Source: Acidimicrobiales bacterium
GTDB taxonomy: Bacteria; Actinomycetota; Acidimicrobiia; Acidimicrobiales; Bog-793
Direction: 5' to 3'
Assembly (NCBI GenBank): GCA_050013835.1
Contig: JBEKEM010000011.1
Span: forward strand, 5,896 to 69,895
DNA: 64,000 nt
A program made the position numbers and the translations under genes. Below are positions 9,485 to 18,572 of the stretch, in pieces. Under the pieces are notes generated by a model that worked only from the letters and a program-made list of their open reading frames with translations, made no database searches and was not told the origin of the DNA. Positions within the stretch are counted from its first letter, which is position 1, and the number at the start of each line of letters is the position of its first letter.

Positions 9485-10807
9485 TCAGCCGCCCGGGAGG
9501 TGGGGCGGATGCAGGATGTTGACGTACAGGGCGCCGAGCCCGATGAGCACGATGAAGGCGAGGAGTGCGTAAGCGAGCGGCATCAGCTTGTTGACGTCGA
9601 CGTGGTAGGGGCGGCCGCGCCGGGAGCGGATCCGCTCGTAGACGGCGATGACGACGTGCCCCCCGTCGAGCGGCAGCATCGGGAACAGGTTGATGATCCC
9701 GACGAAGACGTTGATCGCGACGAGGATGTAGAGCAGATCCGACACGTTGACCTGCAGGGCCTGCACGGCGATCTCGACCGCCCCGGGAAGAGAGAGGATC
9801 TCCCCCGACCCGGACGACCCCGAGGCGCCCTTGCCCCCTGAGGGGGTGTGGTTGTTCGCCGTCGCGACGTCGTGGGCGAAGGCGCGCAGCCCGTGGAACG
9901 AGAAGACCTGGCCGATCCCCTCGCCCGTCCAGGCGAACTCCCGCCCGAGCACCGTGCCGGCGCGCCCCAGGGCGTCGAGCGGGTTCGTCGTCACGAGCTT
10001 CCGCCCGCCGAGCCCGACCCCAATCACCCCGACCGGGTGCTTCCCCGTCTTCTCGGGGACCACCTTGCCCGAGGTCAACTTGATGTCGGCGTGCCGGCCG
10101 TCGATCGGCCGAACGCCGAGCACGACGAGACGGCCGTCGCGACGGACGACGAGGCTCAACTCGTCGCCGGCGTGGTGCTGGATGAAGGTGATGAACTTCG
10201 CCAGCGACCGGTAGTGGTGGCCGTTGACGGCGACGAGGACGTCGCCCACCTTCATCCCCGCGGCCCGGGCGGGGTTCGTCCGGTTGACGAAGGTGGTGAC
10301 TGCAATCACCTCGTTCGGGACGGCGACGGGGAGCCCGGTGAAGGCGACCATCCCCCACAGCAGCCCGAAGGCGATGACGAAGTGCATCGTCGATCCGGCG
10401 ACCGCCACCGCGAGGCGGCGTGGGAAGGTGGCCTGCCGGTAGCTGCGCGCCTCGTCGGCGGGGTCGACCTCTTCGAGCATCGTCATGCCGACGACCTTCA
10501 CGTAGCCGCCCGCCGGGATCGCCTTCACGCCGTACTCGGTCTCGCCCCGCCGGATCGACCAAAGGCGCGGCCCGAAGCCGAAGAAGTACTCGGTGACCTT
10601 CATCCCCGAGAGCTTCGCCGCCACGAAGTGGCCGAACTCGTGGAGCATCACCATCAAAACGAGGGCGGCGACGACGATCAGCACGTCGAGGCCGTGGAGG
10701 ACCGCCGCGAGCACGACCACCACCGCGGCGAAGGCACCGAGGCGCCAGAGCGCGCTTGTGTCGACCGGTTCGACGCCCGCCGGACCTGTCGGCTGGGAGG
10801 TGCTCAC
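9485..10807 (-). CDS. rseP: RIP/M50 intramembrane zinc metalloprotease with PDZ domain
   Basis: HEFGH, FFGFGP, IPAGGYV, NLFPMLPLDGGH. GTGA overlap with the dxr stop. Confidence 0.93.
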   Translation of the reverse strand: MSTSQPTGPAGVEPVDTSALWRLGAFAAVVVVLAAVLHGLDVLIVVAALVLMVMLHEFGHFVAAKLSGMKVTEYFFGFGPRLWSIRRGETEYGVKAIPAGGYVKVVGMTMLEEVDPADEARSYRQATFPRRLAVAVAGSTMHFVIAFGLLWGMVAFTGLPVAVPNEVIAVTTFVNRTNPARAAGMKVGDVLVAVNGHHYRSLAKFITFIQHHAGDELSLVVRRDGRLVVLGVRPIDGRHADIKLTSGKVVPEKTGKHPVGVIGVGLGGRKLVTTNPLDALGRAGTVLGREFAWTGEGIGQVFSFHGLRAFAHDVATANNHTPSGGKGASGSSGSGEILSLPGAVEIAVQALQVNVSDLLYILVAINVFVGIINLFPMLPLDGGHVVIAVYERIRSRRGRPYHVDVNKLMPLAYALLAFIVLIGLGALYVNILHPPHLPGG

Positions 10808-12015
10808 TCGCTCCGATTCTGGCGCGCGACCACCCCGGTCGCGACGGCGCGCGCCGCGGCGTCTGCCGCCAGCACGTCCTCGACCTCGACGAGCTTGGTC
10901 GGCTCGTGGGCGGCGAGCGTCGCCGCGACGACGGCGGCGATCCCCGGCCAGCCGATCCCGCCGGCGAGAAAGGCCGCCACGGCGACCTCGTTCGCCGCGT
11001 TGAGCCACGCCGGCGCGCTCCCGCCGTCACGTCCCGCCTCGAGGGCGAGGCCGAGGCACGGGAAGGTGTCGAGATCCGGGCGGCCGAACTCGAGGTGGGG
11101 GACACTCGCCCAGTCGATCCGGCCGAAGGGCTCCCCGAACCGCTCCGGATAGGCGAGGGCGTAGCCAATCGGCAGGCGCATGTCGGGCCGGGAGAGCTGG
11201 GCGATCGTCGCGCCGTCGCAGAACTCGACCATCGAGTGCACGATCGACTGCGGGTGGACGACGACCTCGATGCGCTCGTAGTCCACCCCGAACAGCTCGT
11301 GCGCCTCGATCACCTCGAGACCCTTGTTCATGAGCGTCGACGAGTCGACGGTGATCTTGGGGCCCATCTGCCAGGTCGGGTGGGCGAGCGCGTCGGCGAC
11401 GGTCACCACGGCGAGCTCGTCCGCCGTCCGCCCCCGGAAGGGCCCCCCGCTCGCCGTGAGCACGAGGCGGGCGATGTCGGCCGGCGGCTCCGGCGCGCCG
11501 GAATCGCCGAGGCCGGGACCGAGTGCGGCCCGACGCCGTTCGCCGAGGCACTGGTAGACGGCGCAGTGCTCGGAGTCGACCGGGATGATCTCGGCACCTT
11601 CGTGCGCCCGCGCCGCCTGCACGACCGGGGCCCCAGCGACGAGCGACTCCTTGTTAGCGAGCGCCAGTCGACGGCCCGAACGGAGCGTCGCCACGGTGAC
11701 CTCAAGTCCGGCGAAGCCGACGACGGCGTTGAGCACGACCTCACCGAGCTCGCCCAACGAGGCGATTCCGGCTCTGCCGGCCCGCACCTCGACACCCGGC
11801 GGAAGTTTGGCGACGAGCTCGCCCGCGAGGGCCTCGTCACCGATGGCGACGACCTCGGGGTGGAACCTGGCCGCCTGGCGGCAGAGCTCGTCGACCGAGC
11901 CGTTGGCGCCGAGGGCGACGACGCGGTAGGCGTCGCCAGCCCGACCGACGACGTCGAGCGCCTGCCGGCCGATCGAACCGGTCGACCCGACGATGCTGAC
12001 CAGGCGTGGCGTCAT
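10804..12015 (-). CDS. dxr: 1-deoxy-D-xylulose-5-phosphate reductoisomerase
   Basis: GSTGSIG, ANKESLV, PVDSEH, TASGGPF, HPTWQMGPKITVDSSTLMNKGLE, NAANE. Confidence 0.97.
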   Translation of the reverse strand: MTPRLVSIVGSTGSIGRQALDVVGRAGDAYRVVALGANGSVDELCRQAARFHPEVVAIGDEALAGELVAKLPPGVEVRAGRAGIASLGELGEVVLNAVVGFAGLEVTVATLRSGRRLALANKESLVAGAPVVQAARAHEGAEIIPVDSEHCAVYQCLGERRRAALGPGLGDSGAPEPPADIARLVLTASGGPFRGRTADELAVVTVADALAHPTWQMGPKITVDSSTLMNKGLEVIEAHELFGVDYERIEVVVHPQSIVHSMVEFCDGATIAQLSRPDMRLPIGYALAYPERFGEPFGRIDWASVPHLEFGRPDLDTFPCLGLALEAGRDGGSAPAWLNAANEVAVAAFLAGGIGWPGIAAVVAATLAAHEPTKLVEVEDVLAADAAARAVATGVVARQNRSE

Positions 12016-13541
12016 CCGATATGGACGAACCGCGCCAGGAGGTACGTCGCCGGCAGGACGAAGAGCATGGCGTCGATGCGGTCGAACACGCCGCCGTGGG
12101 CCGGGAGCAACCGGCCCATGTCCTTCAGTCCGAGGTCCCGCTTCACGACCGACTCGACGAGGTCGCCCCAGGGCGCGAAGACCGCGACGACAGCGCCGAG
12201 GGCGAGGGCATCGGCCAGGTTGAAGGGGTGGACCCGGGCGACGATCCCGGCGGCGACACCGAGCGTGAGGACCGTCCCCCCGATGAGGCCCTCGATCGTC
12301 TTGCCGGGGCTCACACGCGGCGCGAGACGGTGCCGCCCGAACTTTGAGCCGACCGCGAACGAGCCGACGTCGTGGGCGACGGTGAGCGCCACGGCGGCAC
12401 CGAGGAGGGCCACACCGTGTCGCAGCGGATATGCCGTCGGGTTGAGGAGCAACCCGGCGAACGAGCCGAACACACCCACCCACGTCACGACCAGCACCGT
12501 GACGGCGAGGTCGTCGACCGGCGAGGAGTCCGGGGCCGTGACGACCCGCCAGCCCCCAGCGAGCACGACGACCAGGGCGAGGACGACCGGGACGGCTTCG
12601 GGGCCCCGGAGGTAGCTGCCGACGACAAGCGCGGGCACGGCTGCCAGTCCGATGAGCGCCAACGGGCGGAAGCCCGAGAGCCGCATCGCCCCGAAGGTCT
12701 CGCCGGCGGCGACAGCGAGGATGACGGAGGCGAGCACGAGGACCGGGAGCGGCCCGTTGGCGAAGCAGAGCACCGCCACGCCGGCGAGCACGATGCCGGT
12801 TGCCGTGGCGACCACGGTGTTGCGCCGCGGCGCGACCTGCGCGGGCGCGGGGGCAGCCCGCCCTCCGGCACGGTGGGCGGCGCGCCCTCGGCTGCGGCGA
12901 CGGGCCCGTACCGCCCCGACGAGGTGCTCCCAGGCCGCGTCGTCGGGCTGGTCGGCACCCGCCGACTCGGCCGGAGGCGCCGCGGCCGCCGCGGCGCGTG
13001 CATGTAGGCGGCGACGAGTGGTCGGCGCGTCGAAGTCGAACTCGAATGGGTCGGTGCTCGCCGTCGGATCCTCGCCGCGGCCGGCGATGGTCAAGGACCC
13101 GCCGGCGCCCTCGCCGTCGGTGTCGTCGTCCTCAGAGAGAAAGGCGAGATCGGACTCGTCCGCCTCCCAGTCCGCCGACGTTTGGCGCCAGGTCGGCCCA
13201 CGGGCCCCCCGCTCGACCGGGCCGGGGGGTCGGGCGTCACCGAGCAGGACGCTCGGCACCTGGCCGGTTGGCGGCGCGGACCAGTCCGGCAGCTCGAAGC
13301 GCCCGCCCTCGTCGCCCTGGAGCGGATCGGACGGGCGGACGGCGGTCTCCTCAGGGGAGAGCGGGCGAGGGGAGCCGGGGACGAGACCGGCGGCGACGGC
13401 CGCCTCGACAGCGACGATGCGGACCTCCTCGGTCACCGGCCGGGCGTGGCGGGACGGGGTCTCGCCCGTCTCCGGGGTTTCGCCCGGTCCGGCCTCGGGG
13501 TCCGGGTCGGGGTCGCGGGTCCGCTTGTCTTCGTCTTCCAC
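12012..13541 (-). CDS. cdsA: Phosphatidate cytidylyltransferase with a long N-terminal extension
   Basis: C-terminal VSPGKTIEG and ESVVKRDLGLKDMGRLLPAHGGVFDRID motifs; position after frr. Confidence 0.92.
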   Translation of the reverse strand: MEDEDKRTRDPDPDPEAGPGETPETGETPSRHARPVTEEVRIVAVEAAVAAGLVPGSPRPLSPEETAVRPSDPLQGDEGGRFELPDWSAPPTGQVPSVLLGDARPPGPVERGARGPTWRQTSADWEADESDLAFLSEDDDTDGEGAGGSLTIAGRGEDPTASTDPFEFDFDAPTTRRRLHARAAAAAAPPAESAGADQPDDAAWEHLVGAVRARRRSRGRAAHRAGGRAAPAPAQVAPRRNTVVATATGIVLAGVAVLCFANGPLPVLVLASVILAVAAGETFGAMRLSGFRPLALIGLAAVPALVVGSYLRGPEAVPVVLALVVVLAGGWRVVTAPDSSPVDDLAVTVLVVTWVGVFGSFAGLLLNPTAYPLRHGVALLGAAVALTVAHDVGSFAVGSKFGRHRLAPRVSPGKTIEGLIGGTVLTLGVAAGIVARVHPFNLADALALGAVVAVFAPWGDLVESVVKRDLGLKDMGRLLPAHGGVFDRIDAMLFVLPATYLLARFVHIG

Positions 13542-13595
13542 TGTGCGTTCCCTCCGCGGGTCTCCCCGCTCGGCTCCCCGGGCAACGGCCCGCCA

Positions 13596-14168
13596 TCAGA
13601 CCTCGAGCAGCTCCTGCTCCTTGTTGGTCAGCAACCGGTCGATATCGGCGACGAATTCGTGGGTCGCCTTGTCGAGCTCCTTGTCCGCCCGCTCGACGTC
13701 GTCGATGGAGACGGCACCCTCGTGCTCGTGGACCTCGAGCTCATGGCGGGCGTGGCGGCGGACGTTGCGGACCGCGACCCGCCCCTCCTCGGCGCGCTGG
13801 CGGACCACCTTCACGAGTTCGCGACGACGTTCCTCGTTCAGCTGCGGGAAGGTGAGCCGCACGACCTCCCCGTCGTTCGACGGGTTGAGGCCGAGGTCCG
13901 AGACCTGGATCGCCTTCTCGATCGCTCGTATCGCACCTTTGTCGTAGGGGTGGATGACGAGCGTGCGCGCCTCGGGGACGGTGATCCCGGCGATTGACTG
14001 CAGGGCGACCTCGGCGCCGTAGTAGTCGACCTTCAGCTTCTCGACGAGGACCGGGGCGGCCCGGCCGGTGCGCACGGAGGCGAACTCGCCCTTGGCGTGC
14101 TCGACGGCGTGCGCCATCTTCTCGCGGGCCTCGGCGATCGCCGCTTCGATGATTGAGTCGGCCGTCAT
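13596..14168 (-). CDS. frr: Ribosome recycling factor
   Basis: SVRTGRA, DYYG, LGLNPSNDG, EERRRELVK. ATGA overlap with pyrH. Confidence 0.97.
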   Translation of the reverse strand: MTADSIIEAAIAEAREKMAHAVEHAKGEFASVRTGRAAPVLVEKLKVDYYGAEVALQSIAGITVPEARTLVIHPYDKGAIRAIEKAIQVSDLGLNPSNDGEVVRLTFPQLNEERRRELVKVVRQRAEEGRVAVRNVRRHARHELEVHEHEGAVSIDDVERADKELDKATHEFVADIDRLLTNKEQELLEV

Positions 14169-14938
14169 CTGATCAGCGTACCGATTGGCTCGCCGGCGAG
14201 GGCTCCCCGGATGTTCCCCGCCGTCATCAGGTCGAACACGAGGATCGGCAGCCCGTTGTCCTTGCAGAACGTGACCGCCGTCAGGTCCATCACCCGCAGG
14301 TCGCGGGAGATGATGTCCATGAAGCTCACCTCGGTGTAACGGGTCGCCGTCGGCTCGAGGCGCGGATCGGCGCTGTACACACCGTCGACGCCGGAGTGCG
14401 TCCCCTTGAGGATCACCTCGGCCTCGATCTCGGCGGCGCGCAGCGCGGCGGGCGTGTCCGTCGTGAAGTACGGGTTCCCCATCCCGGCGGCGAAGATGAC
14501 GACCCGCCCCTTTTCCAGGTGGCGGATGGCGCGGCGCCGGATGTAAGGCTCGCAGACCTCGGCCATGTGGATCGCCGAGAGCACACGGGTCGGGCGGCCC
14601 TGGCGCTCGATGGCGTCCTGCAGGGCAAGGGCGTTGATCACGGTGCCGAGCATCCCCATCGTGTCCGAGGTGGCGCGGTCGATGCCCCCGCCCGCCCCCT
14701 TCCGGCCCCGCCAGATGTTGCCGCCGCCGATCATGACGGCGAGCTCCACGCCGAACTCGTCGCAGGTCCCGGCGATCTCCTCGGCGATCCGGTTCACCGT
14801 GACGGCGTCGATCGTCTCGTCCGAGGCCGCGCTGGCGAAGGCCTCGCCGCTGATCTTCAGCACGGCCCGCCGCCAGCGCGCCGTCGCCTTTCCGGTCCGG
14901 GCCACGGCACCCGCCAGGTCGGCGTCCCGGCTCGTCAC
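14165..14938 (-). CDS. pyrH: UMP kinase
   Basis: LKISGE, GGGNIWRG, GMLGTVIN, PYFTTDT, DGVYSADP. Confidence 0.97.
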   Translation of the reverse strand: MTSRDADLAGAVARTGKATARWRRAVLKISGEAFASAASDETIDAVTVNRIAEEIAGTCDEFGVELAVMIGGGNIWRGRKGAGGGIDRATSDTMGMLGTVINALALQDAIERQGRPTRVLSAIHMAEVCEPYIRRRAIRHLEKGRVVIFAAGMGNPYFTTDTPAALRAAEIEAEVILKGTHSGVDGVYSADPRLEPTATRYTEVSFMDIISRDLRVMDLTAVTFCKDNGLPILVFDLMTAGNIRGALAGEPIGTLIR

Positions 14939-15735
14939 GTCCCGACGACGACCTGGGCGAACCGGCGGATGACGGCCGAGCCGGCGAGCTGGGCGATTGA
15001 CACCTTCTCGTCGCGGGCGTAGGGCTGGTCGAGCAGGACGTGCTCCTTGTACCAACCGTTGAGGCGGCCCTCGGCGATCTTGTCGAGCTGGGCCTCGGGC
15101 TTGCGCTCGTTGCGGGCGATGGCGAGGATCGTCTCGCGCTCCGCGGCAACGACCTCGGCGGGGACGTCCTCCCGCCGGAGGTACTCGGGGCGGGCGAAGG
15201 CGATATGGACGGCCACGTCGTGGGCGAGCGCGGCCGGTCCGCCGGTCAGCTCGACGAGCACGCCGTTCACGCCCCGCCCGTTCTGCACGTGGAGGTAGCT
15301 GTCGAGCACCGCCCCGGGCTCGGCGGCGAAGCGGGCGTGGCGGCCGACGGCGATGTTCTCCTTCACCGTCACCTTCAGGTCGTCGACGGCATCGGCACGG
15401 GCTGCCAGCGCCTCCTCGCCGCCGGCGGCGAGCGCCTCGGCGAGATCGTCGACGAGGCGGACGAAGTCCGCCGACTTGGCGACGAAGTCCGTCTCGCACT
15501 CGAGCGCCACGACGGCGGCTGTGCCCCGGTCGCCGTCGACGACGACGGAGACGGCACCCTCGGCACGCGCCCGCCCGGCACGCTTGGCGAACCCGGCGAG
15601 GCCCTTCTCGCGCAGCCAGCGCTTCGCCTTCTCGGGATCGCCCTCGGTCTCGACGAGCGCCCGGCGGACGTCGAGGATGCCCGCCCCCGTCGCGGCGCGC
15701 AGCGCCTTCACGTCCTGTGCCGTGACCTCCGCCAT
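14935..15735 (-). CDS. tsf: Elongation factor Ts
   Basis: VKALRAATGAG, CETDFVA; position after rpsB. Confidence 0.97.
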   Translation of the reverse strand: MAEVTAQDVKALRAATGAGILDVRRALVETEGDPEKAKRWLREKGLAGFAKRAGRARAEGAVSVVVDGDRGTAAVVALECETDFVAKSADFVRLVDDLAEALAAGGEEALAARADAVDDLKVTVKENIAVGRHARFAAEPGAVLDSYLHVQNGRGVNGVLVELTGGPAALAHDVAVHIAFARPEYLRREDVPAEVVAAERETILAIARNERKPEAQLDKIAEGRLNGWYKEHVLLDQPYARDEKVSIAQLAGSAVIRRFAQVVVGT

Positions 15736-15736
15736 T

Positions 15737-16528
15737 TCAGACCTCCATCGCCGGCGCAGTCGTGGTCGCCGCGAACTCGTCGTAGTGCCCGTGCGGCTCC
15801 GCCGGACCCCCCGCGGCGGCGAGGTTCGCCGCGGCGTGCCGGGAGTAGATGAAGCGGCCCTCTGCCACGGCGTCGGCCATGACGCGGCAGAGCAGGCGCC
15901 CGGAGCGGATGGCGTCGTCGTTGCCCGGGATCACGTAGTCGATGATGTCCGGGTCGCAGTTCGAGTCGACGACGGCGATCACCGGGATGCCGAGCTTGTT
16001 CGCCTCGGTGACGGCGATGTGCTCCTTTTTCGTGTCGATGATGAAGAGGGCGTTTGGCAGCTTCGTCAGGCGCCGGATGCCGCCGAGGTTGCGCTCGAGC
16101 TTCTCGAGCTCGCGCCGCAGCATCAGCGCCTCCTTCTTCGGCAGGGCGTCGAACTCACCCGAGTCGCGCGATGCCTCGAGCTCGGCGAGCTTGCGGACGC
16201 GGCCTGAGACCGTCTCGAAGTTCGTGAGCATCCCGCCGAGCCAGCGCTCGTTGACGTACGGCATGCCGCACGCCGTGGCGTTCTCCGCCACCGGGTCCTG
16301 GGCCTGCTTCTTCGTGCCGACGAAGAGGAGGGTGCCCCCGGCACCGACGAGGTCGCGCACGAAGGCGTAGGCGGTCTCGATCCGGTCGAGGGTCTGGTGG
16401 AGGTCGATGATGTAGATCCCGCTGCGCTCGCCGTAAAGGAAGCGCTTCATCTTCGGGTTCCACCGGCGGGTCTGGTGTCCGAAGTGGACCCCCGCCTCGA
16501 GCAACTGCTTCATCGTGACGACGGCCAC
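15737..16528 (-). CDS. rpsB: 30S ribosomal protein S2
   Basis: [51 protein letters not shown] before GTG 16528. Confidence 0.98.
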   Translation of the reverse strand: MAVVTMKQLLEAGVHFGHQTRRWNPKMKRFLYGERSGIYIIDLHQTLDRIETAYAFVRDLVGAGGTLLFVGTKKQAQDPVAENATACGMPYVNERWLGGMLTNFETVSGRVRKLAELEASRDSGEFDALPKKEALMLRRELEKLERNLGGIRRLTKLPNALFIIDTKKEHIAVTEANKLGIPVIAVVDSNCDPDIIDYVIPGNDDAIRSGRLLCRVMADAVAEGRFIYSRHAAANLAAAGGPAEPHGHYDEFAATTTAPAMEV

Positions 16529-16639
16529 GCGTCGCTCCTTCCCAACGGTTCTGCGGAACCGGACGTCGCGCCGTGAGGCGACCGTGGGCACGTCCGGCCG
16601 ATTTGTCGAGAGGCCCGGGCGGGCCTCGGGAGCATGGTA
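16529..16639 (-). promoter_or_regulatory. rpsB promoter (-10 TACCAT at 16634-16639) and structured 5' leader, probable S2 autoregulatory element
   Basis: Hairpin GAGGCCC/GGGCCTC (16610-16627), stem CCGGACGT/ACGTCCGG (16559-16566 with 16590-16597), then AACCG..GGAAGGAG. Confidence 0.55.
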
Positions 16640-16918
16640 GCCGCTCGGGCCGACCGGGCGGACAGGCGGCCGCGGCCCGGGCTGATACAGGCCGCCGCGG
16701 TTCTCCGTCGCTCAAACCAGCCTGCTCCTAGACGCCAGATCGGTTGCTGTTCCGGGGTCCCAAGCTGCAAGGAGGTAACAAGACTGATGGGAAATTCGAC
16801 ACGAGATCGCAGGCGTCGCCTGCTGGCGAAGTTGCTTGTCGCGAAGGTGACGTGGTCCCTCAGCTGCTCTGGTTACAAGCGACCTGACAGGTGCGGGTTC
16901 GAACCAGGGCGCTGCCGG

Positions 16919-17809
16919 TCAGGCCCGGGGGTGGGCCTTCTTGTACACGCGGACGAGTCGTTCCCGCGAGACGTGGGTGTAACGCTGGGTCGTGCGCAGG
17001 CTCGAGTGGCCCAGCAGCTCCTGCACGACACGCAGGTCAGCCCCCCCGTCGAGCAGGTGCGTGGCGTAGGTGTGGCGCAGGGCGTGGGGGTGCGTCGGCA
17101 CGGCACTGCGCCGGTCGATGATGCGGCGCACGTCGCGGGGCCCGAGGCGGCGGCCCCGCGCGTTCAGGAAGACGGCGTCGCCCGGCGTCTCCGGCCCGCG
17201 CAGCACGTTCCGGCCCTCGGCCAGGTACCGCCGGCAGGCGTCGGCGGAGGGCTCGCTCATCGGTACCCGCCGCTGCTTGCCGCCCTTGCCCCAGACCGTC
17301 ACCGCAAGGCCGACGAGGTCGAGGCCAACGGTGTCGAGTCCGCAGCACTCGCTGACGCGCAGACCCGAGCCGTAAAGGAGCTCGAGGACGGCGTCGTCGC
17401 GCAACCGAGTCGCCAGGCCGCGGGCGTCCCCGCCGGGCTCGGCCGGGATGTCGGGCTCGAGCAGGGTTGCGAGCTCGCCCGACGAGAGTACGCGGGGCAG
17501 CCGGCCCCCACCCGACGGCGCCGTCAGCCGGCGCGACGGGTCTTCGGCGATGAGCCCCCGGCGCTTGGCGAAGTCGAAGTAGCGTCGCAGGGCTGCCGCC
17601 TTGCGGGCGATCGACCGGCGCCCGTAGCGGCGCGTCGCGAGGTAGGCGAGGTACCGGCGGAGCATCAGCCGGTCGACCTCGGAGGGGCCCTTGACGTCGG
17701 CTCGCCCGGCCCATTCGGCAAAGGAGTCGAGGTCGGAGCGGTAGGCGCGCCGAGTCGCCGGAGCCGACGCCCCCAGAGCCTGGACGAACGCGTCGAACTC
17801 CCAGCCCAC
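16919..17809 (-). CDS. xerC: Tyrosine recombinase XerC-like
   Basis: LYGSGLRVSE, GKGGKQR, HPHALRHTYATHLLDGGADLR, LLGHSSLRTTQRYTHV; typical position upstream of rpsB. TACGCT lies 6 nt before the GTG start. Confidence 0.85.
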   Translation of the reverse strand: MGWEFDAFVQALGASAPATRRAYRSDLDSFAEWAGRADVKGPSEVDRLMLRRYLAYLATRRYGRRSIARKAAALRRYFDFAKRRGLIAEDPSRRLTAPSGGGRLPRVLSSGELATLLEPDIPAEPGGDARGLATRLRDDAVLELLYGSGLRVSECCGLDTVGLDLVGLAVTVWGKGGKQRRVPMSEPSADACRRYLAEGRNVLRGPETPGDAVFLNARGRRLGPRDVRRIIDRRSAVPTHPHALRHTYATHLLDGGADLRVVQELLGHSSLRTTQRYTHVSRERLVRVYKKAHPRA

Positions 17810-17879
17810 GATGCAAGCGTAGCGAGCACCCTCGGCGCCCCCGGGGAACGCGCCGGCGCCAGATGAGACAAGATGAGGC

Positions 17880-18572
17880 ATGGTGAGTCGCATCCTCATC
17901 GTCGAGGACGACGAGCGGATCCGGGCCTCGACGGGGCTCGCCCTCGAGGACGAGGGCTACGAGGTCGTCGAGGCGGGGAGCGGCGAGGAGGCCCTCGAGC
18001 GCTTCGCCCAGTCCCTCGGTTCCGAGCCGCTGGACCTCGTCATCATCGACATCATGCTGCCCGGCATGGACGGCTTCGAGTGTTGTCGGGAGGTCCGCCG
18101 CCAGAGCGCCGTGCCGATCATCATGGTGACGGCGAGGACGGACACTCACGACGTCGTCGCCGGGCTCGAGGCGGGCGCCGATGACTACGTGACGAAGCCG
18201 TTCGAGCCCAAGGAGCTGGCGGCGCGAATCCGCGCCCTGCTCCGCCGGGCACGATCGACCGAGGGGGGCCCGTCGACCCTCGCCTTCGGCGACCTCGAGA
18301 TCATGCCGGAGGCGGGTGTCGTCCGGCTCGCCGGCGAGGAGGTCCACCTCACCCGCACCGAGTTCCTCCTCTTGTGCGAGCTCGCCGCCAACCACGGCAA
18401 GGTGCTCTCGCGCGAGCAGCTCCTGGAGCGGGTCTGGAGCTACGACTACTTCGGCGACGGCCGCCTCGTCGACGTCCACGTGCGGCGCCTCCGCACGAAG
18501 GTCGAGCCGGATCCCGCCAATCCCCGTTACGTGCTAACCGTACGCGGGCTGGGCTACAAGCTCGCCCCCTAG
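17880..18572 (+). CDS. OmpR-family response regulator (MtrA/AfsQ1/CseB-like)
   Basis: VEDD, DIMLPGMDG, GADDYVTKPF; winged helix VDVHVRRLRTKVE...TVRGLGY. Confidence 0.95.
   Translation: MVSRILIVEDDERIRASTGLALEDEGYEVVEAGSGEEALERFAQSLGSEPLDLVIIDIMLPGMDGFECCREVRRQSAVPIIMVTARTDTHDVVAGLEAGADDYVTKPFEPKELAARIRALLRRARSTEGGPSTLAFGDLEIMPEAGVVRLAGEEVHLTRTEFLLLCELAANHGKVLSREQLLERVWSYDYFGDGRLVDVHVRRLRTKVEPDPANPRYVLTVRGLGYKLAP

Noticed and set aside
8133..11168. 1011-aa ORF suggesting a giant IspG fusion
   Set aside because: The upstream part is an off-frame read through rseP and dxr. IspG homology begins near 9398, where there is an RBS.
16700..16900. Riboswitch candidates (SAM-IV, TPP, c-di-AMP) suggested by CAACC and GCTGAG fragments
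   Set aside because: The remaining core motifs are absent, and the downstream gene does not fit those ligands.
16896..16905. GGTTCGAACC resembling a tRNA T-loop or att remnant next to the recombinase
   Set aside because: The flanks do not form a T-stem or acceptor stem and do not match the 3' ends of the two tRNAs in the window.
16919..17809. Tyrosine recombinase as a phage or island integrase
   Set aside because: Size, motifs and position before rpsB fit housekeeping XerC; no att duplication or cargo genes.
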